Source: Cyanophora paradoxa CCMP329 | Taxonomy: Eukaryota; Plantae; Glaucophyta | Assembly (NCBI GenBank): GCA_004431415.1 | Contig: QPMI01000184.1 | Location: forward strand, 1 to 64,000 | Length of the DNA: 64,000 nt | Direction of reading: 5' to 3' | In this document: piece by piece, positions 50,717-60,404 of the stretch | Layout of the letters: every line of letters begins with the position of its first letter | How positions within the stretch are numbered: the first letter of the stretch is position 1 | Program-made: the position numbers and the translations under genes | Notes under the pieces: generated by a model | Seen by the model: only the letters and a program-made list of their open reading frames with translations | The model's database searches: none | Told to the model about the DNA's origin: nothing

Positions 50717-51136
50717 ATGGTATGTCTCGGCTTCCGCGCCGCGCTGTACGGTTCCCGCTGACGCCGCGCACTCACATCGCGCAGTCGGCCATCTTCGACC
50801 TCAGCTCGCTGTGCACGGTCATTCTGCTCGTCATCTGCACATGCACGTACATCCACTCAAACCCGACCGTCGGCCGGATACTCGACAACAACAAGACAGG
50901 GTTCGCGCGACCCCCGATGCCGGCGATGCGCCGAGTCAGCCGGCGTCTTTGAACGTGTTCCTGCCGCGCAGCTTTCCCGGCCTCTTCTGGAAAGCCGCAA
51001 GGATAGGTGCACGAGCTCCTCTTGTGAAGCTCTCTCGCACGCGCTGAGCCGTTCGCGCCGCGCAGGGGAGCGGCTTAGCCCCTTCGTGTCCGTTGCGTGT
51101 ATAGTTATGGGCTTCAGCCTGTTGTTCGGCGGTTGA
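50717..51136 (+). CDS. TMEM167: Protein Kish (TMEM167/Ksh1), 4 coding exons; first is ATG only
   Basis: M/SAIFDLSSLCTVILLVICTCTYIH...KTG/FPGLFWKAARI/GERLSPFVSVACIVMGFSLLFGG*. Confidence 0.94.
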
Positions 51137-52088
51137 GTCTGAAATTATCATCTCAAGCACATTCTGCGCGTCGGCCCACCTCCCGAGGGGCGGGCTGGCT
51201 TCGCCGCTGCTTGCGCCGACCTGCGCTGAGCTGGCGCTGACGCTGGGGCGTCGTCCGGCGATCCCTACACCTCACCCGGGAGCCCGATCAACGCCAGCTG
51301 ATGGTCTTATTCTCGCAGCTACAGACCCGAGCATGCATCCGCAGCTGCGAACCTAGCTAAGGCCTCCCAGCGCTAGCATTCTTCCCCACCCGCGGAGAGG
51401 CAGACGACCCGCATGGTGCAAACGCGCCCTCCTCTAGCACGAACTATTAGGGGCGGCTCGCTCTCGGTTGCAAGGACTTGCGGCCGCTTGCGCCCCACAC
51501 TGATCACCCCCTCGCGGCCGGCAGTGCGCGGCTGCATCGGGCTCAGCGGCTCGAACTCGCTTGCATCTTGTACGGAGACCAAGTGTGGGATAAGGTCGCC
51601 CGGCCCGCCTAACGCTCACGTCCGCTGAGGATGCAATCGCGGCTGCGCCGAGGCCGCACTGTCCGACTTCAACTTCGTCGCCGGCAGCGGGCCCGATAGA
51701 GTATGACTGTCCGGGTACAGACCCCAGACAGCCGGCCTCCCCACGGGTCTAACGGAGTTGTCTAACGGGGTTGCGACCAGACACGACGCGGACGCGGACG
51801 CGGCGCACGCTTCCCAAGCCTGGTGCTGCAGCCTAGTGGTCGCCTCTCAAGCCCGCGCGTGCACCGTCCGGTCCAGCGCCGCAGGACTCCAGGCCAGGCC
51901 GAGCGCGCGCGTACCCCGGATTCCGGACCCGACCGCCTCTTCGCGGCCGGCAGCGCGCACCCGGTTCTCGCTCGATCGCGTCGACCAGCAGACGACGCGC
52001 GGTGCATACGCCGGCTCTCTCCCGCGACGTGCCCGCGTCCGCCGTGACACCAAGCCCCAGGCACGCGGTTCAGCAAGCACGCGGCGCG

Positions 52089-52753
52089 ATGCCGGTCACA
52101 GTGGAGACTCTGAAGCACGGCGACGGCAAGACGTTCCCTCAGCGAGGTGGGCAGCGCGTGCGCGCCTCGATTTGAAGACGGCCCTGGCCCGTTCGAGGCG
52201 CTCGCTATGGCAACCGGAGGCCGCTGATCGACTGCGTTGAATGCGCAGGTCAGAAGGTCACGGTGCACTACACGGGAACGGTGCGCGCCTCGCGGCGGGG
52301 CACCGCATGCCAACAGCTCCCGCGATCGTACTTACCGCGGCTGGCGCCCCGCGGCCTTCCGGCCGTCCCGCGCAGCTTACAGACGGCAAGAAGTTCGACA
52401 GCTCTCTAGACCGGTGCGCGCGAGCCGGCGCGCGCCGGCGCCTCGCGCCGCGGCCTCTGACGCGGAAATTGATGGCGCAAGCGGCATGCCCTTCGTCTTC
52501 ACGAGTGCGCTTCTCTCCTGTGCCCGCCAGTGGACGGGCGTCGTTGCTGAGCCGTTTCGCCCTCTCGCCTCGTCGCGCAGTCGGCATGGGGCAGGTCATC
52601 CGCGGCTGCAGCTGGGACGAGGGCGTTGCCCAGGTGGCTTGCGCTCCAGCTCCCCGCCCGCGCCCTCCGCGGCTCTTCTGAGACTTGCCTCACGCAGATG
52701 AGCGTCGGCCAGCGCGCGAGGCTCATCTGCACGCCCGACTGCGCCTACGGCGC
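52089..52753 (+). pseudogene. 3'-truncated FKBP12 copy, part of an inverted duplication (about 51795-52753 vs about 48601-49556)
   Basis: Near-identical reverse complement of copy a, including introns and upstream DNA. It has a 6-nt insertion in IRGW (giving IRGCSW), and similarity ends after ...DCAYGA, losing the C-terminal strand. Confidence 0.88.
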
Positions 52754-53072
52754 CTGCGTCTGCAGCACCCGGCGGCTTCGGGAATTCCATGGCCATCGTC
52801 TTCGAATTCACCCGCACAAACGTGCGCGCTCGATGCATATTCGGTTTACAGGTACAGTAGGTAGCCTTGGCCCTCGGCAATTTTGAGCTATCATTAAGCA
52901 ATAATACATCGCGAGCCATACACGAAACTGAGCGACTCGGCGAGCAATAAATCGCATCATAATAGGGTTGCACTAGCACTTTGCGAGATCATGCCGAAAC
53001 ATGTACCTATGCATACTGCGGGCTACTATAGCTAATACGTTTCTAAGCTGCTGCGCATGCTGGTTTCTGCCG

Positions 53073-56000
53073 TCATTGCTGATCATGGCCATGAGCGCCA
53101 CCCGGAAACAGGGGCTGCTGCTGCTGGAGTACATGTGCAGACGAGGGTGCGGCGCTGCCGCCCCAGCCCCCCGCGTACGCAGCTGACATCGCTGGCCATG
53201 GCGGATGCAGGGCGGGCGAGTGCGGGTTGTGCATGTTGTTTTGGAGGAAGGGGAAGTCGCAGGCTGGGTTCCAGTTGCAAGGAGCTGCTTGCACGGGCTG
53301 CAGCGGGGGCCAACCCTGCGACGGCGACGAGGGTGGGGGTCATTCGAGACCGCGGGGATTAGGAGGCGAAGCCAAGGCGCACGGAGGCCCAGGGCACATC
53401 CGCTGGCATCATAAACGGTACGTGTGCGCGCGGCCCCATGGCCACGTGCACCGGCACTGGCGGCAAGCTGCTGTGACTGACGTGCGCGTGGACAGCTGCG
53501 GGGTTGATTGCTGGTGCCGACTGCAGCGCCAGGCGTGGGCCCAGTTGGGGCCCCGCCGTTACGTCCGATCGAGACGGCAGCATGGCCGGCTGGCGCCGTG
53601 CACGTGACGCCCCGCGGTCTTCCACGCCGGCCTCCAGGACCTCCTCTTCGAGCTCCTCCTCCCCGCTGGAAGCTCCCGATCGCGAGCTCGAGTCCGTCTC
53701 CCCGGGAGCGAGCGACGCCGCTTCCGCCCCCTTAAGCTTCCGCGCCGCCGCCGCCGCCCGGAACTCGAGCTGACGCTGGTGCTGCAGCTGCAGCTGAAGG
53801 CGGAGCTGGGGCGGGATGGCCACCGCCCTGTGCACGCGCTTCATCGCCTGGAGGAGGTGCGCGGGCGAAGCTGCCTGCGCGGCAGCCGCAGCCGCAGCGC
53901 CGGCCGCGGCCGCGGCGTCGATCTCCTTAGCTGGAGCCGAGGCCGCGCGGTGTTGGATCCGGAGGAAGGCGGGCAAGACGGGCGCCAACATGACGTTCGA
54001 CGCGTGGTGGGAGCTCGAGCTAGCCATAGAGCATGCAGGCGCGGGCTCGGGGGCGCCTTCTCGATCGACGTGGATCGGGGGGTCGGAGGAGGAAGAGGAG
54101 CTCGAGCCCCGCCGCGCCGCTTGCAGCTGGCCTCCCCTGCGCCTCCGCTTGGCGCCCCTCCCGGTCGCTGGCGGCGCCGAGGGGCCGATCCGCGGCATGT
54201 TCGCCATTGCCGGCAGCTGCCTGCCCGTGGAAACATCTACATGTACAGCTGCAGCGGCTGCTTCCACGGCGTCTGCGACCGGCACCATGTTCAGCCCTAG
54301 GCCGGCGCCTGTACGTATACATGTACGAGTGAATTCGAATCCCAGGCCCATATGCATGGTTAGCTATACAGTTATCGATTGTCGTCATTTTATCGAACAT
54401 GATCAGCTGCGAGCTTACATTTAATTATATTTAAGTAGTACGTCGCTAGATTGAAGATCTAGATTTTAATGATATCAAGATCATGATCAGCGGGGGGGGG
54501 GGGGGGGGGGGCTGGCCATGCCCAGGGCCCGCCGGCCGGGGCGTGCACGTGCGCACGCTTGGCATCTTGATGGTGAACATGTACATGAGCATGCGCATGC
54601 GCCATGTGTGCGAGCACGGCGGACTGCATCAATTGCAAGCCGTCGCCGTGCGCGTGCATGTAGGCTAGCTGCCCGGAAGCATCGCTGCTGGTCGGCCCCA
54701 AGTTGGCGGTCGTCCTCTTGCGCGCGGGCCTTCGAATGAATTTGTAATCTATTCGAGGGATAGGAGGATCCCGAGATTAGGAGAGTCACATACATATATA
54801 GACCTCTTCAATTCATTCTGATCATATATATGCATGAATTTTGCAGTGTTCAACTGGCAAATTAATTATATATAATTCCAAATCAAAAGTGCGCACCAGG
54901 GTGCTGCGCGTGAAAAAAGCCGATCGTATGATCATGATCACGGTAACTGACATCAATTTTGTCCAACGCTGGCCGGCGGTCGCGGCTTACTATAGCTAGT
55001 TATATATATATTACATTACTAAGTCAAGAGATTTTCTTCAAAGTTTGGATGCCGGCGGCGCCGGCCGCGGCGTTGGATAAAAACAATTTCACCTTCTTCA
55101 TAAATTCATCGCGCACGATTGCGGCTTTCTTCGCGTACTCATCTCTCCCTTCGTCAGAGAGCGATCGCCTATTTATCACATAAGCAGGACAAAATTAGCG
55201 ATCGCCGGTCGACTGCAATAGAGCAAATCTGTAAGAACAGATTTGAATGACACGAACCATAGGGCCCCCAGACGCTGCATTATGCAAAAAAATACGGGTT
55301 CAGACAAGGTATATAAAAAAAGGTACGAACTACGGTATACATGTACAGTATATGCCATTATATAATTATACTTTGATGCTCATTATCGTGCACGTGTTGC
55401 GAATTCAATTCGAACCTGAGATACTTCCATGTTCGACAAATCTGCGTTTGCACGGGTTTCAAGTTTCAGGTTTGATTTCATGATCAGTACAGTGTCAGGT
55501 TTCCGCGGCTGCCGATCCGCGCGAATTCGAATTCAAATAACTATCTATATATGTATATCGATATTGATATCATAGTATCGATATCGCGAGCTCGAGGCGA
55601 GGCCTAGGTGGACTTCATGATCACATGCTGCAATATTTAATTGCGTACCTGGATACTGTGCATGGAGAATGAACCGAAATGAATTCCGAGCCGGGGATCC
55701 GGGATCCAGAAAAACACATTAATAGTCAAAGTTCGATCGATATCGCGAGGTTCGAATCTAAATTAAAGGCGCGATTGCGAACATGTACTGCGCAAACCTG
55801 AGCAGCCACTTGTTTTCTCTGCAGCCAGATCGTGATCAGAGATCGTCCGACAAAACTTATACGCAAATATAACAGGCATTGGCTTCGGTTCCGAGGCTCA
55901 CCCTCTCATTGCTGCTCGCGATCGGCGAGAGAGTGTATCAAAGATATCGACCGTGAGATTTTTACGAGAGCGAAATATATATATATATATATATATCGAT

Positions 56001-57432
56001 ATCCCACTGAGCCAACAGTTGCAATTGGCCACGGGCAATCACACGTACCTGAACAGAATGAAGGCGTCTGCATGCGCATGGTCTGGAGCGTCAGCGCTAG
56101 CAGCAGATCGAATTCGAAGTTTAAAATTTGACCGCTGAATATAATAAATGTGCATGTAAATATGCGCCATACATGTCCAACCGAAATTCTAGCGGAGCAC
56201 AGCAAACGATTGGCGCGAAACTGAGCACGTCTGAAGTGCAGTTTAGAGCAATCTAGAGCAGGGAGATTTTGGGTTTCGCGCCAATGTCTCGCCGTGCAGA
56301 AGTTGGCCTCGGGGGTCGCTGCGCCCCGGCCCCCTCTTCAGCCCTCGACAGCGCAAGGCAGCTCAAGGCCCGCCCAGGCCCCCCCGCTCCCCCCAACTGC
56401 CCTTCCCGGGACTCGAACGCTGGGGCAATAAGACGCCGGCCGGGCGCGCTGCTAGCTCGGCTAGCTCGCCGCGAAACTGGCCTTTTCCTCGTCGCTTTTG
56501 TATGGCCATACATCTAGGAAAATTTCGTACCGCATCCGCACGAAACTGAGCCTTATTCTAGCATCGAGATGCATACTAGCTAGTATTAAACGCTTCAGTT
56601 TCTCGCCAATCGCTTTCCATTATTTTATCCAGCCAAATCGACCAGACGCCATACATGTCCAACCGAAATTCTAGCGGAGCACAGCAAACGATTGGCGCGA
56701 AACTGAGCACGTCTGAAGTGCAGTTTAGAGCAATCTAGAGCAGGGAGATTTTGGGTTTCGCGCCAATGTCTCGCCGTGCAGAAGTTGGCCTCGGGGGTCG
56801 CTGCGCCCCGGCCCCCTCTTCAGCCCTCGACAGCGCAAGGCAGCTCAAGGCCCGCCCAGGCCCCCCCGCTCCCCCCAACTGCCCTTCCCGGGACTCGAAC
56901 GCTGGGGCAATAAGACGCCGGCCGGGCGCGCTGCTAGCTCGGCTAGCTCGCCGCGAAACTGGCCTTTTCCTCGTCGCTTTTGTATGGCCATACATCTAGG
57001 AAAATTTCGTACCGCATCCGCACGAAACTGAGCCTTATTCTAGCATCGAGATGCATACTAGCTAGTATTAAACGCTTCAGTTTCTCGCCAATCGCTTTCC
57101 ATTATTTTATCCAGCCAAATCGACCAGATATACGTATATATGTGTTAAACATATATGCATACGTATACGTATGCATATATATATGTGTTAAACTACGAAA
57201 TGCATGTGCATCTAGATCTGGAGACGCGTGCGTCGACGGCCGTGCATGTGCGGGATCGCGCACTTTGCGGGCGTGGAATGCGCTTCTGCTTCCCGCGGCC
57301 GTTCGAATTCTTGGCCATCGCCAAGCTTGAATTCGCAATTCCGATTGCAAGGGTACCGGTATCTGAATTCGAAGGCTCCCCGACCTCGTCGTCGATGTTG
57401 TCTTCAGTCGAGATCGCGATCGTTGCCGCTTC
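53073..57432 (-). CDS. SOX/TCF/MATA-class HMG-box transcription factor, at least 12 exons including microexons
   Basis: Exons (minus strand): 57432-57264, 56067-56049, 55911-55902, 55818-55798, 55655-55649, 55441-55416, 55274-55258, 55168-55093, 54903-54897, 54748-54557, 54308-53383, 53315-53073. All introns are GT-AG and phases are compatible. They give KRIPRPQNAFILFSNERRKQVAAQYPDLSNMEVSQRLGALWRSLSDEGRDEYAKKAAIVRDEFMKKHPDYKFIRRPARKR followed by a His/Ala/Pro/Ser/Gln-rich tail. In-frame ATG at 57318 would give 532 aa. The true 5' end and the last two junctions are less certain. Confidence 0.9.
56165..57128 (+). repeat. Two tandem copies of a 482-bp element inside the first visible intron of the HMG gene
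   Basis: 56165-56646 and 56647-57128 appear identical. The unit starts CGCCATACA, contains the palindrome TGTATGGCCATACA, and carries several (G/A)CGAAACTG-like submotifs in both orientations. Confidence 0.92.
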
Positions 57433-58483
57433 CTGTGATGATCGGTATTAATTCTTTTCTTGTCGTCGATCGCAAACACGTTGAACGCGAGGAGAGCGCT
57501 AACTATATATGCGCTATATATATATAGCGCTAGCTATACATATATAGCTGCAGCTGGCGGGCTTGCTTCGATTCGCTGCTTGAACTTATGATTATTACTA
57601 TCGACCGTCGGACCAGACCTCGATCGCCCGCGGCCGGCCCACGCGTACGCCGCGGGTATTCGGGAAGGCACGGGAAGAACGCGCACTTTTAATTTACACG
57701 GGCGGTCATGATGATAGAGTTCGAAAGGCGCGCACGGCACGTTGATATCGATCGCGATCGATATCGATATCGCGACCGTCCGACGGTCCGACCGCTGGAA
57801 GCTTAAAAAAGCTTTCAATTGCAAGCCTTGCAATTGACGCCGGGCGCCGAATTCGAATTGCGAAGTCGCTGCGCATGCGAGTATACGTATGTGCCACACG
57901 AGTATACGCATCATGATGCGTATAAGTGTGCACACGTACCGTAGTACGTATACTAGCGGCTGCATGCGCAGCTGCGGCTGCCAGGCTGCAGTGTGCACAG
58001 CATTAGCGGCTACTAGTGCATGTGCTGCGGCTGCAGCGCTATATAACTATAGCTAGCTATAGCGATAGCTAGATGCCCTCATGATCACCTCATGAGACCG
58101 TACGCGTACCGTAGGACGGCTGCGCACAGGACTGACTCAGTGAGCGCTAGCTATAGTACGCGCAGCTGCATGCGCAGGCCTTCAATTATATAATTATAAA
58201 GCCAGGCCCTTGAGCTTAAGCTTGCAAGTTAACGTTGCGCCCGGCCGCGCGCGCCGCGTCTAAGCCTATAGCTAGCTGCAGCTGTAGGATCGCGATCGAC
58301 TCCGCGAGGTGCGCATGCACGCGTACGCGTACGCGCGCTACTACAAGTAGTACTATATATACTATAGCTATGATAGTGAGTAGTACTGGTAGGTGTGCGC
58401 ATGCTACCGTAGTACCGTATACGTATACGTAGTACCGTAGCACAGTTAGTACCTTAGTACGGCCGCGGCTATCAGGGACACTA

Positions 58484-59068
58484 GAGCGCATTCTGGTCCA
58501 AAATTAATACAGCAATTGGGTTGGGAATTATGTGTTGTGTGATGGCGCAGCGAGGGGGGCAGCGGGCTAGGCGACAGATAGCAGTAATGGAGGTTGCATG
58601 CTACTGAACACGATACATTAGGCGGCGTCTAGCCCCGTCACCATCGGTTTTCGACCACTGCGGGCGCGGGATTCGCGGCGCGGGATCGGCAAGACAGCTA
58701 CACGAGTGCTAGGGAATCGGCGCGCATAGGTCCTTTTTGCTAGCGGATCCCCGCTGCGCGCCCGCGCGCCAAGGTCCCGCGCGCCCGCTTGCGGAGGGGG
58801 GGGACAGCGATTCCGTCATGCAGTCCGCGCTGCTAGCGCTCTGGTCGCGTTATGCATGCGCGGTACAGCGCAACGATTGCGCTGTGTACCGCTTCGGTCG
58901 AAAACCGATGGTGACGGGGCTAGACGCCGCCTAATGTATCGTGTTCAGTAGCATGCAACCTCCATTACTGCTATCTGTCGCCTAGCCCGCTGCCCCCCTC
59001 GCTGCGCCATCACACAACACATAATTCCCAACCCAATTGCTGTATTAATTTTGGACCAGAATGCGCTC
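58484..59068. mobile_element. Foldback MITE-like element, 585 bp, with 173-bp perfect terminal inverted repeats and a 3-bp TSD (CTA)
   Basis: 58484-58656 is the exact reverse complement of 58896-59068, with a 239-bp spacer. CTA lies at 58481-58483 and 59069-59071. GAGC- termini with a 3-bp TSD suggest PIF/Harbinger (inference). Confidence 0.85.
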
Positions 59069-59739
59069 CTAGATCCCTAGCACGCGGCCCGGCGGAATTC
59101 GAACTTCGGAACGTTAACTACGTTAATACTTGTGGCCCAGCCATGCATGCGCATGCCAGCGGCAGTGGCCAACTTATATATAGACAATTACTACGCTAGC
59201 GAACTACGGCTTTCTAAAAATTTTGAGCGCGGTAATTTAATTGGCAGCGCGGTAGTATCTATATAACTATATAATTATGCCAGCGCCGTACACGTAATTA
59301 AGTCTTACACGGTAGTTACGGTACCGGTAGCTTCGAAGTTCGCTAGCGGCGCGGCCGCGCTTTAAAAAGCTTTACTACTAGTATAGTAGCTAGTTAAAGA
59401 CCGTCAGACGTTAAGTCGCGATCGTCATGAGTGGAAAAAAATCAACTGCGATTGTTCGAATTCAAGATAATCGGATAATCATAATGCTCGCGATCGCGAG
59501 ATCGATATCGAATTCGAGGTTCCTTTCGCGTGCACGTGCTTATCCGATAATCACAGAAGCTCTGTGACGTGTACGTATATAACGTATCATCGGCGTATGG
59601 CTCTAGATCTGTGAGTCTGTGACAAATGGCTCTAGATCTGTCTGATGGCTCTGTTTTTTTATAACAAACAATCGACGTCGTTCAAGTTCGTTCGAAATCG
59701 AATTCCGAGTTCCGAGTTCCGAATCGTCTTTTTTTACTA

Positions 59740-60169
59740 TCTGGTCGATTTGGCTGGATAAAATAATGGAAAGCGATTGGCGAGAAACTGAAGCGTTTAA
59801 TACTAGCTAGTATGCATCTCGATGCTAGAATAAGGCTCAGTTTCGTGCGGATGCGGTACGAAATTTTCCTAGATGTATGGCCATACAAAAGCGACGAGGA
59901 AAAGGCCAGTTTCGCGGCGAGCTAGCCGAGCTAGCAGCGCGCCCGGCCGGCGTCTTATTGCCCCAGCGTTCGAGTCCCGGGAAGGGCAGTTGGGGGGAGC
60001 GGGGGGGCCTGGGCGGGCCTTGAGCTGCCTTGCGCTGTCGAGGGCTGAAGAGGGGGCCGGGGCGCAGCGACCCTGCTCTAGATTGCTCTAAACTGCACTT
60101 CAGACGTGCTCAGTTTCGCGCCAATCGTTTGCTGTGCTCCGCTAGAATTTCGGTTGGACATGTATGGCG
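59740..60169 (-). repeat. Inverted third copy of the 482-bp element with an internal deletion of about 52 bp
   Basis: Reverse complement of 56647-57128, lacking the segment between agcaggg and tcgctgcgcc (GGG microhomology). Confidence 0.92.
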
Positions 60170-60224
60170 TCTTTTTCGAATTCTGCTTTTTTCTTGCGCG
60201 TTCGACAGTACTGTAGGAATGCTT

Positions 60225-60404
60225 AAATTGCCGCGTAGTAAAATTGCCAAATTCGGCCAAAACCGGAATTGCCGTGGCGATAAATTGCCGAATCCAGATT
60301 TCCGAAGTTCCGCTCTATGGCCCCCTTAGAAAATCCCTACCCCCAGCAACATTGCCGTGGCTTAAAATTGCCGAATGCGGCCTCTCGGCAAGATACGGCA
60401 ATTT
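60225..60404. repeat. Cluster of about 7 AATTGCCG-like motifs (possible transposon subterminal repeats)
   Basis: AATTGCC(G/A) near 60226, 60242, 60267, 60283, 60351 (partial) and 60366, plus an inverted copy at 60396. Confidence 0.55.

Noticed and set aside
54459-54556. Stop at 54459 as the end of the HMG protein
   Set aside because: A GTGCGC donor at 54556 and a phase-matched acceptor at 54309 join the 53383-54308 exon in frame, so the longer model is preferred. A short isoform is not excluded.
56581-56590. TAGTATTAA resembling the CRESS origin nonanucleotide TAGTATTAC
   Set aside because: The last base mismatches, there is no clean flanking stem, and it is 38 kb from the Rep fragment.
56253-60091. 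Repeated 72-86 aa ORFs (MYGHTKATRK...)
   Set aside because: Chance frames within the 482-bp repeat, with no domain features; the third copy is deleted internally.
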